From: Bacteroidia bacterium
Lineage (GTDB): Bacteria; Bacteroidota; Bacteroidia; SXHM01
Assembly (NCBI GenBank): GCA_022072225.1
Contig: JAJVIC010000002.1
Location: forward strand, 469,086 to 533,085
Length of the DNA stretch: 64,000 bases
Direction of reading: 5' to 3'
The position numbers and the translations under genes were made by a program. Positions within the stretch are counted from its first letter, which is position 1, and every line of letters begins with the position of its first letter. The notes beneath the pieces were generated by a model. That model had not been told where the DNA came from. It saw nothing but the letters and a program-made list of their open reading frames with translations, and made no database searches. Of the stretch, positions 36,213 through 46,755 are shown in pieces.

Positions 36213-36920
36213 TCAGTCCTGCACTTTGTGATGTAGTGCTTCTTCGGCTGTATTCCTGATCAGCTTTTCGCTTTCTTTTTCACCGATGTAGCGGTCAATT
36301 AAATAGTGAAGAAGATAAATAAGCGGTGTAATTGCAACCGCAACTCCAAGTTTAAAAACGTAACCGGCAGAAGCATTCTTAAGGTATTCATCTACTGTCC
36401 ATACTCCGGGAATTACAAATGCAATCCCTTGTACAATAAACGTATCAAGCAGTTGTGAAACTACCGTTGAGCCTGTTGCACGCAGCCAAATCATTTTCTT
36501 TCCTGTTTTATTTCTCAGCGCCCAGAAAACGGAAACATCCACTAATTGCGAAGTAAGGAAGGCCGTGATACTTCCGATAATTATCCAAAGTGATTGTCCG
36601 AAAACTGTTTGAAAGGCCTCTCCCGAAACAGGTGAGAAAGGTGTTGCCGTAACCAACATGGCAAGTGCCAGTAAAATAAACGTGTAGCCAATTAATGAAA
36701 CTGTGAGCAAGGTTAATCTTCGCACCCCTTGCGGACCATAATATTCATTCACTAAATCGGTAGTAAGAAATACAACAGGCCACAACATAATACCAATGCT
36801 CTGCACAAATGGCCCCACCTGAAAAAGTTTACCACCAATCAATTCGGCAACAATAGCGTTGGTGATAAAAAAACCGGCAAGGGTAATGAAAACTAAGTCG
36901 CGTTTTGAGTTTAAATTCAT
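36213..36920 (-). CDS. yhhQ: Queuosine precursor transporter (YhhQ/VUT family)
   Basis: TDLVNEYYG, GS..AF..SQ.VDV, WLRATGSTVVSQLLDT. Confidence 0.88.
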   Translation of the reverse strand: MNLNSKRDLVFITLAGFFITNAIVAELIGGKLFQVGPFVQSIGIMLWPVVFLTTDLVNEYYGPQGVRRLTLLTVSLIGYTFILLALAMLVTATPFSPVSGEAFQTVFGQSLWIIIGSITAFLTSQLVDVSVFWALRNKTGKKMIWLRATGSTVVSQLLDTFIVQGIAFVIPGVWTVDEYLKNASAGYVFKLGVAVAITPLIYLLHYLIDRYIGEKESEKLIRNTAEEALHHKVQD

Positions 36921-36921
36921 C

Positions 36922-38442
36922 CTAAAACCTTTTTAAGAACGGAAGTTTATCTGTTAGTTTATTTTTATCAACCAGCATAAATAGCGCAATCAGCAATAAT
37001 GGCAAAGCAGCAATTTTATAGCGTACAATTGCACCAATTACTGGCGTTATCAAACCTGTGAGTGCAAAAATTACTATCGTAAAGAATACACATAACCAGA
37101 ATAGTTTTTCTGTTAATATTTTTTTGTCAGCAAAGATGATTGCAACAATAGTTAGTAAAATAATGAACAGGTTTTCAAATCCTGCCATCAGAATAAAAGG
37201 AGAAAATGATTCGAAAAAGAAAGGACGGAAGTAGGTGTTGTAAAGTGCTTTGGGTGTTGCTTTCAGGAAACTCAGAATATTCGGTTCCAGTTTTTGTATT
37301 TCAATGGTACTGCCTGTTTTTCCGTAATCAAGCAGGAGGAGGTATTCTGTTTCTTTAAAGTTTTTAGCTCCGACAAATTCGGTTTCTTCTCCAAGTTTTC
37401 CATTTGTCCAAACTCTGCAGTAATCAATCTTGCCGGTAATTTCTACTTCTTTGGTTTTTCTGTTAATCTCCAATTGCTCATGTAATCCTGAAGCAATATA
37501 AATGGTATCTGTTTTTTCTGCAGTAATTCGTTGCAGATAAGTTCCGCCATTGGCAAGGTTGATAAAATCCTTCTGCTTCTGAACCAGAACCTGAAGTGAG
37601 TTGGTTGCAAAAAGTCCTATTGAAAATAAGAGCAGGTAAGAAGCAATGTATTTCAGCAGCACATTTCTATTGCCTGTTTTTTCAATCCAGTAATTGGCAA
37701 CTAATGCAGGAATTACAGCAATAGCCACATAGAATTTAGTCAATGCCAGAAGCGCAATAGAAAACAAAATCCAGAAGATGCTTTTCAGATTCCAATCACC
37801 GGAGATTACTTTATGTGAGTAGTAAACAAGAAAGCCCAAGCCGAAGAAAAGCAAACCTTCTTTCAAAACTCCAGATCCCCAGAATAAAACGGAAGGAATT
37901 AGAAACACAGCACCATACAGTAGCAGGCTTTTTTCCTTCATTACGGTGATAAACGTTTTATAAATAGCCGTTAATCCAAGCAACGAGAGGAAACACATAA
38001 AAACTGTATGCACATTATAAACACCCATAGAGAACAATCGGATGACGGCATTGAAGCGGATAATGGTGTGGCTGTCGTTATACAGATTGCTATCGTATTC
38101 GCGATACCAGTGATTCATTTGGTTGTAATAAGTATCAAAATAAGGTGTGTCATTATGAATGCCTAACAACATTTGAAAGTAATCTTTCGGATTGATGAAC
38201 AGCGAATCAAACATCACCTTGCTGTCGTCAAAATACTTGTAAATGTCTGCCGTACTGCGGTCGGTATAATAAAAGGTATAGACAAGGTACAGCAAAATGC
38301 CGAACAGGATTTTAAGAATAAACACTCCTTGTATAGCTCTGCGACTTATTCCCTCGCACTCAAAGAACTTCATTTTCGAAGTAAGGAAAATGAAAAATGA
38401 TGCGTAGCCTGAAACTATAATTATTTCAAGTAAAATGTTCAC
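36922..38442 (-). CDS. Polytopic membrane protein, Wzy/GT-C-like
   Basis: D..KYF, PSVLFWGSGVLKEG, RPF.FE, GAIVRYK...LP; many TM helices; GTG start. Confidence 0.6.
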   Translation of the reverse strand: MNILLEIIIVSGYASFFIFLTSKMKFFECEGISRRAIQGVFILKILFGILLYLVYTFYYTDRSTADIYKYFDDSKVMFDSLFINPKDYFQMLLGIHNDTPYFDTYYNQMNHWYREYDSNLYNDSHTIIRFNAVIRLFSMGVYNVHTVFMCFLSLLGLTAIYKTFITVMKEKSLLLYGAVFLIPSVLFWGSGVLKEGLLFFGLGFLVYYSHKVISGDWNLKSIFWILFSIALLALTKFYVAIAVIPALVANYWIEKTGNRNVLLKYIASYLLLFSIGLFATNSLQVLVQKQKDFINLANGGTYLQRITAEKTDTIYIASGLHEQLEINRKTKEVEITGKIDYCRVWTNGKLGEETEFVGAKNFKETEYLLLLDYGKTGSTIEIQKLEPNILSFLKATPKALYNTYFRPFFFESFSPFILMAGFENLFIILLTIVAIIFADKKILTEKLFWLCVFFTIVIFALTGLITPVIGAIVRYKIAALPLLLIALFMLVDKNKLTDKLPFLKRF

Positions 38443-38526
38443 ATGACAAATATAGATTCATTTACTGCATATCGGTTGCATACTGACATGGCTATAATTT
38501 CAACCGCATGCAGGATTGAGAATGAG

Positions 38527-38988
38527 CTATTTTGTTTCATCCCATTCGCTTCCCGGGAGCGATGCAGCAATTACAAGTGTTTTGCTGAAAGTCCAGGCTT
38601 TTACAGTAATGCCATTATCAGCTTTTAAAAGCCATTCACCATTGTTGTTGGGCTCACCGAATAGTTTTTTTGCTTCTTTTTCGTTTACTCCTTCGGTTTT
38701 GTAGTCAATAATGTATTCATAAAGTTTGTCAACGCCTTTGCCCATAAAATAATAGGTAACATATTTTATTTTACCTTTTCCTTTTTCAGAATACTCATGT
38801 CTGAAACTCATTCCTCCATCAGATTTTACAGCTTTCGGACGCAGCTTCTCAAAATCTGACTTTAAAGTTTCAAATGGTACGTTAGCTAAAAATCCGGGAG
38901 TAAATTTCTGATATGCTCCAGGTTGTGCTTTTGCTGTTGAAGAACAGAGCGTAATTACAGCGAATAAAATGTACGTTATGTGTTTCAT
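38527..38988 (-). CDS. Hypothetical exported protein
   Basis: Signal peptide ending AKA-Q. Confidence 0.75.
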   Translation of the reverse strand: MKHITYILFAVITLCSSTAKAQPGAYQKFTPGFLANVPFETLKSDFEKLRPKAVKSDGGMSFRHEYSEKGKGKIKYVTYYFMGKGVDKLYEYIIDYKTEGVNEKEAKKLFGEPNNNGEWLLKADNGITVKAWTFSKTLVIAASLPGSEWDETK

Positions 38989-39093
38989 TTCGTGGTTTTA
39001 ATTAGCAATTCAAAGCAAATATCATCAATTATATTGATAAATATCCGACATACTCAGGCTCAATATTTACTTACTTTGCAAAAACATTTATTT

Positions 39094-40176
39094 ATGTTGA
39101 AAAGAATTTATTTCTGTTTTGCTGTTCTCATCCTTTCATCTTGTAAAGGCAAGGTGGAAACCATAAAGCCCGAAGTATCATCCATCACCGAATCGGTTTA
39201 TGCTTCCGGAATAATTAAAAGTAAAAATCAATATCAGGTTTTTCCTTCTGTGAGCGGTATTGTAGATTCTGTTTGGGTTACCGAAGGCGATACAGTAAAA
39301 CAGGGCTCTGTAATACTTGTTATTTCAGGCAAAGCACAAAAGTTAAATAAGGAACTTGCTGCCTTGTCAGCTGCATATAGCGATGCAGATGCAAATCGTG
39401 CAAAGCTGGATGATGCCAATATGCTTGCCGAACTTGCAAAAAGCAAAATGCTCAACGATTCATTGCTTTATTTTCGTCAGAAAAATCTTTGGGAAAAACA
39501 AATTGGCAGTAAATTGGAGTTTGAACAAAGGCAACTTGCTTATGCTAATTCAAAAACAGCATACAACTCAGCTGTTATTAAATACAATGATTTGAAAAGG
39601 CAGATTGATTTTTCTTCCCTGCAATCCAAAAAAAATCTGCAATTATCAGACGCTATTGAAAATGATTTTTCTGTTGAAAGCAGCACCAATGGTATTGTTT
39701 ACAGTGTGCTGAAATCAAAAGGTGAAATAGCAACACCGCAAACACCGGTGGCCATTATTGGTGATGCTTCCGATTTTATTCTTGAAATGCAGGTGGATGA
39801 ATATGATATTTTGAAAATAAAAAAAGGACAGAACGCATTGATAACAATGGACAGTTACAAAGACCGTGTTTATGAGGCGGTTATTACCAAAATAAATCCA
39901 CTGATGAATGAACGCAGCAAAACATTTTTAGTGGAAGCAGTCTTTATACAGCGTCCTGAAATTCTTTATCCAAATATAACGTTTGAAGCCAGTATTGTAA
40001 TTAAGGTTAAGCAAGATGCCTTGCTTATTCCGCGAAACTATTTGCTCAATGATACTTCTGTAATTAATAAGAATGATGAAATTATTGTCATCAAAACAGG
40101 GCTTAAAGATTACCGAAAAATAGAAGTGCTTTCGGGTATTACTGCCGATGATGAACTGGTAAAACCTGCCGAATGA
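39094..40176 (+). CDS. Efflux periplasmic adaptor (MFP) lipoprotein
   Basis: Lipobox LSSC; lipoyl motif V.EGDTVKQG; helical hairpin; VDEYDI. Confidence 0.9.
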   Translation: MLKRIYFCFAVLILSSCKGKVETIKPEVSSITESVYASGIIKSKNQYQVFPSVSGIVDSVWVTEGDTVKQGSVILVISGKAQKLNKELAALSAAYSDADANRAKLDDANMLAELAKSKMLNDSLLYFRQKNLWEKQIGSKLEFEQRQLAYANSKTAYNSAVIKYNDLKRQIDFSSLQSKKNLQLSDAIENDFSVESSTNGIVYSVLKSKGEIATPQTPVAIIGDASDFILEMQVDEYDILKIKKGQNALITMDSYKDRVYEAVITKINPLMNERSKTFLVEAVFIQRPEILYPNITFEASIVIKVKQDALLIPRNYLLNDTSVINKNDEIIVIKTGLKDYRKIEVLSGITADDELVKPAE

Positions 40177-41432
40177 AATTTAAACTGATATCCTCGGTTT
40201 CATTTTCGCTCATGCTTGCTCGTTTGAAGCAAACAACGGTAGCTGCTGTGGGCGTTACATTCAGCATCACTATGTTTATTACGCTGCTCAGTTTTATGGG
40301 AGGATTAAATGATTTGCTTGACGGTTTAATAACTAAACGCTCACCTCATGTGCGCTTATATAATGAGGTTGAACCCTCAGAGAAGCAACCTGTTGATCGC
40401 TCGCTGCAATTTGGCAGGCATTACAATTTTGTGAGCTCTGTCAAACCAAAAAACGAAATGCCTGAAATTTACAACAGCCGCAAAATTATGAATACACTTC
40501 AGCATGATACGCGCGTTGCAGGGGTTTCGCCCAAGATTACTGCTCAGGTTTTTTATAACGTTGGTTCTATTGATTTTGCTGGCTCAGTTAACGGTATTGA
40601 TGTAGATGCTGAAGCCAAATTGTTTTCGTTCAAAGACTACGTTACCACCGGAAACTACATTGACTTAAAAAATACCCCTAACAGTATTATACTTGGCAAA
40701 GGTGTTGCCGATAAAATGCTTGCCGATATTGGTGATTTGATACAGATTACAACCTCAAAAGGTGAACGTGTCCAGCTTATAGTTGTGGGTTATTTTCAAT
40801 CTGGATTGATGGATATTGATAAGATACAGAGTTATACATCTCTTTCAACAGCACAAAAACTTTTGGTCGAAACAGATAATTACATTACCGATATTCAGAT
40901 AAAAGTAAACGAACTGGAAATGGCTCCTGAGTTGGCAAAAGAGTACGCACGTATTTTTGAGACCAATGCAGTTGATATTCAAACGGCCAATGCTCAGTTT
41001 GAAACGGGCAGTTCAGTGCGCACTCTTATATCATATGCTGTTGGAATTACATTGCTTATTGTTGCAGGCTTTGGTATTTATAATATTCTTAATATGATGA
41101 TTTATGAGAAGATGGATACCATTGCCATTTTGAAAGCAACAGGTTTTTCAGGTAATGACGTTAAAAATATTTTTATACTTATTTCAATGACGATTGGGAT
41201 TTTGGGTGGATTATTAGGTTTGCTTTTTGGTTTTATTCTTTCAATGATTATAGATCAAATTCCGTTTGTTACAGCTGCGTTGCCAACTATAAAGACGTAT
41301 GCCATTAACTACAATCCTAAATTTTACATTATCGGAATTGTCTTTTCAATCATTACTACGTATTTGGCCGGATACTTTCCCGCCAAGAAGGCAAGTAAAC
41401 TGGATCCTGTAATCATTATCAGGGGGAAATAA
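40173..41432 (+). CDS. ABC transporter permease, MacB/FtsX/LolE family
   Basis: IAILKATGF, YFPAKKASKLDPV; 4 TM plus periplasmic domain. Confidence 0.9.
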   Translation: MKFKLISSVSFSLMLARLKQTTVAAVGVTFSITMFITLLSFMGGLNDLLDGLITKRSPHVRLYNEVEPSEKQPVDRSLQFGRHYNFVSSVKPKNEMPEIYNSRKIMNTLQHDTRVAGVSPKITAQVFYNVGSIDFAGSVNGIDVDAEAKLFSFKDYVTTGNYIDLKNTPNSIILGKGVADKMLADIGDLIQITTSKGERVQLIVVGYFQSGLMDIDKIQSYTSLSTAQKLLVETDNYITDIQIKVNELEMAPELAKEYARIFETNAVDIQTANAQFETGSSVRTLISYAVGITLLIVAGFGIYNILNMMIYEKMDTIAILKATGFSGNDVKNIFILISMTIGILGGLLGLLFGFILSMIIDQIPFVTAALPTIKTYAINYNPKFYIIGIVFSIITTYLAGYFPAKKASKLDPVIIIRGK

Positions 41433-42131
41433 ATGAGCAACATTGTACTTCAAGCCCGTAACATCAGTAAGTATTTTCATGACCCTGTTACCAACCAGGT
41501 TTTGAAAAATATAAATCTTACTATCGAAAAAGGTGTTTTTGCATCGGTTATGGGTAAGTCTGGTTGCGGAAAATCTACACTGTTGTATATTCTATCCACT
41601 ATGGATACAGAATATGAAGGCGAGCTTTTTATTGATGGCGTAAATATGCGCAATCGCAAAGAGAAGGAACTTGCGCTGGTGCGCAATGAAAAAATTGGTT
41701 TTGTTTTTCAATTTCATTATTTGCTGAATGAGTTTTCAGTAATCAGAAATGTAATGTTGCCCGGAATAAAGCTGGCAAAATATTCAGAAAAGGAAGTGGA
41801 AGCAAAAGCCTACGAAAAATTAAAACTGCTTGGGATTGAAAGCGAGGCTTTAAAGAAGCCAAATCAACTTTCGGGAGGCCAAAAGCAGCGCGTTGCCATT
41901 GCACGTGCATTAATTAACGACCCGCTTATTATTATGGGTGATGAGCCAACAGGAAATCTGGACAAGAAAAACAGTGAGAATGTTTACGAGATTTTCAGTG
42001 AACTGGCAGAAACGTATAAGCAGTCTTTGCTTATTGTTACACATGACCCCGAGTTTGCCAACCGTACCCACCGTATTATTGAAATGGTCGATGGAGCTAT
42101 AACAGCGGATATTATACAGGCTGAAAAATAA
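41433..42131 (+). CDS. ABC transporter ATP-binding protein (LolD/MacB type)
   Basis: [29 protein letters not shown]. Confidence 0.95.
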   Translation: MSNIVLQARNISKYFHDPVTNQVLKNINLTIEKGVFASVMGKSGCGKSTLLYILSTMDTEYEGELFIDGVNMRNRKEKELALVRNEKIGFVFQFHYLLNEFSVIRNVMLPGIKLAKYSEKEVEAKAYEKLKLLGIESEALKKPNQLSGGQKQRVAIARALINDPLIIMGDEPTGNLDKKNSENVYEIFSELAETYKQSLLIVTHDPEFANRTHRIIEMVDGAITADIIQAEK

Positions 42132-42148
42132 ATTTTGTTGCAGCTCTA

Positions 42149-45130
42149 TTATTTCACAAACACCTTGGCGGTATATGTTTTTTCGTCAGCAAAAACATAT
42201 ACAATGTAAATTCCTTCGCTTAAGCCGGTAGTGTTCATCTCAAATTTTGTAGCCGAATTATCCAAGTTGTAAAGCGGCAACATTTGCTGCCCCTGCAGAT
42301 TATATAGGGTTGCAGTAGTATTGTTTTCTTTTATGCCGCTGTATGAAATAATTATGTTCCGGTTCGATGTATAGAAATTAACAGATTGCAATGCTGTTTC
42401 ATCCAAGTTTGTAAGTTGTGGATTAAAGTGAATGATAAATCGGTTTTCATCATCGCTTTCTTCAGCATTAAACACGTAAACAGGATTTTGAATAAAGTTA
42501 TGCCAAGCCCCTGTTTTCAGGTCTTGCAGAAAAATTGTGGTATTTAAGTCAAAAGTATTTAAATCATTTGCGGTAAGTGTATATTGTCCATAAGTTCCGG
42601 GGATAATACCCATTGGCACTGCTTCGTAACTATCCAACGGAGGGAGACCGTTAATGGAAATTTTTTCGCTTTCAACTATTGTAAACAGTGTTGGTTGGAA
42701 TGAATTGGAAGGCAATTTACGAGCATCATACTGACTGTCCCAACCATCAGTATTATTGCCTGAAAAATAAATTTCTGTTTTATCACGATATCCATTACCT
42801 TCTATATTGATTGTAAGTAATTGGTCATACCATTCTGTTTTGTAAAAGGTGGGATCTCCGGTTGTTCGGTAAGTATTATTTAAGCTGAAATTAGCAGTTC
42901 CCGAACCCACGCGAACAATAAATCCTTGTTGCGAAGCAATGTGATGTCCGGAACCCGACATGAATGATTGGTAAGTTCCCTGATATGGCCCGGATGATTG
43001 CCAGAAATAAGCAGCACCGTCAAAGCCTGAAGGATTAGTCCACACAATGGGAGAGGGGTAAGGATTAGAAACAAGGTGAAAACCATCACCAAATCCGCCT
43101 GAATTGGAAAGTGAGTTGTAAGAAACGGTTCCGGTGTTTGGTGTTCCCTGAATTTCCATGGTTACCGGAGGACTTGTAATGCGTGCAGCGAAACCTCTTG
43201 CATTAGTCATATTGCCAGATGAACGCACATTCCAGCCCCATTGAAAACAGTTGGTATTAAAAGAATTCGACTGATTAAATTCAAATAGAGCACCATATGG
43301 AGAATTATATGCAACACTGTCGCTGCTGCAGTTAGATGATGCGATTACCTGCGCATTATTAGTTCCAAATAAACTAAATTCAGAAAGTTCAGTTGAAAGG
43401 TTAGGAGTGTTTACAGCGCTACCTATATAGTGAAAACCCTGATTAGGAATGTGGCGTTGAACTTTTATATTCCCGGAATAAGTTCCTGTATTACTGCCGA
43501 AATCATTAAGATATGCCGTTTCGCTTGCGTTCGAAACAAGTGTTACCGTTCCAAGGCTGGCGTTAAAATTATTTTCCTCCAATGTAAGTGATGTGTTGAC
43601 TGAAATAGCCGAACCTGCAGCCAATGCTACATTTCCTGATGATGGAGAGATTTTTAGTTTGTCAATTCCTGCTGTTCCCAAAATCTGTTTGTTTGCTCCG
43701 CTCATTATCATTTCGCCTGGTCCGTAAACATTTACAATTCCGCTGGCATTGTTCCATGAGCCGCTCAATGTGAGCGTATACCCATTGCTGATAGTAATGG
43801 TAGCACTTCCGTATATTGTCATTGAATCACAAACAGCATTTGCGCCTGTATAAACTTCAGGGTCGTTTGATACATCCGGTATTACAATAACATTGGATGC
43901 TGTGGGCACTGCATTGGGATTCCAGTTTTGAGCAAGATTCCAGTTGTGATCAACATTTCCGGTCCATGTTATTGTGCCCATAATTACATCAAGAGTATCT
44001 GCTAATGAATAATGGCTCCATTTTCCGAGATTATTTTTTGTTCGCAGGTAAAGATAATGTGTGCCTACGCTTAGCGCTGGTATGGTTGCTGAGAGGTTCC
44101 AGTTTACGGAATCGGCAGCAGTGCCGGGTGTTAGTGCAATGCCGTTTCCAATTCCGGGATCAGTATCAAAGAAAACTTCTACTGCAACAACTTTTAAGTC
44201 ATTTATGAAAATTCTTCGTCCTTGGTGAAGCGACCATTTTCCTTTATTGTTTTTTGTGCGCAAATAGAGCATGTGATAACCGGCTGTTAAACCTGTTGTA
44301 GCAACGGTTGCATTGAATGAAATAGAATCAAGTGTTGCGGTAACCGGTACAGAAGTTCCGTTACCAATACCCGGGTCTGTGTCGTAAAAATATTCTGCAG
44401 CGGTAATTTTTAAATCGTTGATATAAATCCTCCGCGTCTGCTGAAGCGACCATTTTCCTTTATTGTTTTTTGTGCGCAAATAGAGCATGTGATAACCGGC
44501 TGTTAAACCTGTTGTAGCAACGGTTGCATTGAATGAAATAGAATCGAGCGTTGCAGAAACCGGAACAGAAGTTCCGTTTCCGACACCGGGGTCTGAGTCA
44601 TAAAAATATTCGGCAGCGGTAATTTTTATTTCGTTGATATATATCCTCCGCGTCTGCTGAAGCGACCATTTCCCTTTGTCGTTTATTGTGCGCAAATAGA
44701 GCATGTGATAACCGGCTGTTAAACCTGTTGTAGCAACGGTTGCATTGAATGAAATAGAATCGAGCGTTGCGGTAACCGGTACTGAAGTTCCGTTACCAAT
44801 ACCTGGGTCTGTGTCGTAAAAATATTCTGCAGCGGTAATTTTTATTTCGTCAATATAAATTCTACGTCTTTGATAATGCGACCATTTTCCATTGCTGTTT
44901 TTTGTGCGCACATAAAGCATGTGGTAACCGGCTGTTAAGCCTGTTGTAGGTATTGTAGCATTGAAATCAACCGAATCGGCAGAAGTGCCGATTGAAAGAG
45001 ATGTTCCGTTACCAACACCCGGGTCGGTATCGAAAAAATATTCGGCACTTACAACATTCTGTGCATGAGTTAAGCTACCCCAAAGAGTTAAACCAACGCT
45101 AAGCAGAATATATTTTATCAAATAGTTCAT
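42149..45130 (-). CDS. T9SS-secreted protein with five N-terminal 72-aa 'EYFFDTDPG' repeats
   Basis: Signal peptide; repeats; LVSNPYPS; CTD LYNLQGQ...LSEGIYIV...KVFVK. Confidence 0.9.
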   Translation of the reverse strand: MNYLIKYILLSVGLTLWGSLTHAQNVVSAEYFFDTDPGVGNGTSLSIGTSADSVDFNATIPTTGLTAGYHMLYVRTKNSNGKWSHYQRRRIYIDEIKITAAEYFYDTDPGIGNGTSVPVTATLDSISFNATVATTGLTAGYHMLYLRTINDKGKWSLQQTRRIYINEIKITAAEYFYDSDPGVGNGTSVPVSATLDSISFNATVATTGLTAGYHMLYLRTKNNKGKWSLQQTRRIYINDLKITAAEYFYDTDPGIGNGTSVPVTATLDSISFNATVATTGLTAGYHMLYLRTKNNKGKWSLHQGRRIFINDLKVVAVEVFFDTDPGIGNGIALTPGTAADSVNWNLSATIPALSVGTHYLYLRTKNNLGKWSHYSLADTLDVIMGTITWTGNVDHNWNLAQNWNPNAVPTASNVIVIPDVSNDPEVYTGANAVCDSMTIYGSATITISNGYTLTLSGSWNNASGIVNVYGPGEMIMSGANKQILGTAGIDKLKISPSSGNVALAAGSAISVNTSLTLEENNFNASLGTVTLVSNASETAYLNDFGSNTGTYSGNIKVQRHIPNQGFHYIGSAVNTPNLSTELSEFSLFGTNNAQVIASSNCSSDSVAYNSPYGALFEFNQSNSFNTNCFQWGWNVRSSGNMTNARGFAARITSPPVTMEIQGTPNTGTVSYNSLSNSGGFGDGFHLVSNPYPSPIVWTNPSGFDGAAYFWQSSGPYQGTYQSFMSGSGHHIASQQGFIVRVGSGTANFSLNNTYRTTGDPTFYKTEWYDQLLTINIEGNGYRDKTEIYFSGNNTDGWDSQYDARKLPSNSFQPTLFTIVESEKISINGLPPLDSYEAVPMGIIPGTYGQYTLTANDLNTFDLNTTIFLQDLKTGAWHNFIQNPVYVFNAEESDDENRFIIHFNPQLTNLDETALQSVNFYTSNRNIIISYSGIKENNTTATLYNLQGQQMLPLYNLDNSATKFEMNTTGLSEGIYIVYVFADEKTYTAKVFVK
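44010..45055 (-). repeat. Intragenic 216-bp tandem repeats (5 copies)
   Basis: Anchor tattc at 44391, 44607, 44823, 45039; copies 2-4 nearly identical. Confidence 0.92.
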
Positions 45131-45159
45131 TCAGTCATTTAATTAGTAGAATGAACTAA

Positions 45160-46152
45160 CTAAGGGCGCGTGGTAGACTTTACATTGATATTGATTGTTC
45201 CACCGGGAGCAACCGTAGTATTTGAAGTGATGTTAAATTCGCGTACTTGTGGAATATTGGGTATCCCATTTTGATTATATATACCTATTGAACCACCATA
45301 TAATCCAATGTCTTCGCCATCTGTTCCATAATCAATAGCAGGTGATCCGGCCTGAAGATTAAAATCGTATGTGTATGCAAAGTTTGCCCCTGCAAGCGGA
45401 AAGTTTACAAAGTTTGGATTTACGTTTACCTGATTTGTTCCGTTTGGAAATGCATTGTTGGGGTAAGATAAATTTCTCTCAAAAACGCAGCCGGTTGCTC
45501 CTGATAAAGTTGCCCTGTAAAAAATATTATTGTAAAAATAAACAGAGTTCATAGTGTTGCTAAAAGCATTTCCGCTTCTCAGAAAAAGGTTATTGTAAAA
45601 GTAACAATAAGCAGCATTGAACCATTGAATATTTCCATTGAATACATTTTTTACAACCACCCAATTGGTTGAACCTGTAAATTGCTGTGCATCCAGATTG
45701 GTATTTGTGCTCGAAAATATGTTGCTTTCTACATACCAGTTTGGACAGGTGTGGTATGAAATTACTGCTCCCAAAATCATATTTCTTGCAATTGTAATTC
45801 CTGATGTATTGGCTGCTGTGGTAATGTTATTAATTCTCAAACCAATAATTCTGGTATTTGAGGAACCGCTTGACAGCGAAATATCATTAATTATTGCATT
45901 GTTTAATCCCTGATTTTGAGGATTGTGTCCGGGGCCAATGAAAGTAAGTGATTTAGTAACAGTAAAACTTCCATAGTTAATGTTAGTACCATGAATGTAA
46001 ATGGTATCATTGTTATTTGCAGCTGTCATGGCTGCTGCAATTGTAGTGTATTGCCCCGGGCTAGTAACAGCATTGCTTACGGTTAGTACAGATGCATTGG
46101 TTATTGTTATGATTAAAATCGCAAGGCCGGAGAGTAATAATTTTGTTTTCAT
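45160..46152 (-). CDS. Exported right-handed beta-helix-like protein
   Basis: YTTIAAAMTAA...DTIYI start, Asn-rich coils, DFNLQAGSPAID.G.DG.DIGLYGG end. Confidence 0.75.
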   Translation of the reverse strand: MKTKLLLSGLAILIITITNASVLTVSNAVTSPGQYTTIAAAMTAANNNDTIYIHGTNINYGSFTVTKSLTFIGPGHNPQNQGLNNAIINDISLSSGSSNTRIIGLRINNITTAANTSGITIARNMILGAVISYHTCPNWYVESNIFSSTNTNLDAQQFTGSTNWVVVKNVFNGNIQWFNAAYCYFYNNLFLRSGNAFSNTMNSVYFYNNIFYRATLSGATGCVFERNLSYPNNAFPNGTNQVNVNPNFVNFPLAGANFAYTYDFNLQAGSPAIDYGTDGEDIGLYGGSIGIYNQNGIPNIPQVREFNITSNTTVAPGGTININVKSTTRP

Positions 46153-46284
46153 GTTATCTATATTTTACGCGAAAATAGTTTAATTTTTGGTACATTGTTA
46201 TTGATATTAATCAATAACGATTAACAACATTTATCATGTAATATCTAAGAGTTATATTTGACTTTTATACCAAATCTATTTGCT

Positions 46285-46731
46285 ATGCAAAAAAATCAGA
46301 AAAATATTTCATCCTTTGAAAAAATTGCTCAAAAAGCTACTCAATTTACCGGTTCAACCAGTGCATTTATTCTCTCAGTAGGCATAATTGTTATTTGGAT
46401 AATTACCGGGCCTTTATTCAATTTTTCAGATACCTGGCAATTGGTAATTAATACAGGTACTACAGTAGTAACTTTTCTAATGGTTTTTTTGATTCAACGC
46501 ACTCAAAATAAAGATTCGCGGGCCATACATCTTAAATTAAACGAACTCATAGCCTCACTTAAAGGTCCGAGTAACCGACTGATTGATGTGGAGGATTTAA
46601 CAGAAGACGAATTGGCAACCCTTTCAAAGTATTACCAGCTTTTGGCCGATATGGCCAAAAAAGAGAAAGACCTTTCTGTCTCACATTCTATTGAAGAAGC
46701 TGTTGATCAACATAAAGAAAAGTATTTTTAA
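46285..46731 (+). CDS. Low-affinity iron permease family protein (Fet4-like)
   Basis: FSDTWQLVINTGTT..TFLMVFLIQ.TQNKD..AIHLKLNELI. Confidence 0.92.
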   Translation: MQKNQKNISSFEKIAQKATQFTGSTSAFILSVGIIVIWIITGPLFNFSDTWQLVINTGTTVVTFLMVFLIQRTQNKDSRAIHLKLNELIASLKGPSNRLIDVEDLTEDELATLSKYYQLLADMAKKEKDLSVSHSIEEAVDQHKEKYF

Positions 46732-46755
46732 TCTGTTTTAAGCAAGCTCTCTTAA

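Noticed and set aside
31022..36921. preQ1 or folate riboswitch upstream of queD or yhhQ
   Set aside because: yhhQ has a 1-nt gap to the upstream gene; the queD leader is only ~15 nt after its -7 box; no aptamer motif seen
43049..43062. GGGAGAGGGG as a second copy of the folP hairpin
   Set aside because: No complementary arm; simply encodes the common NPYPSPI motif
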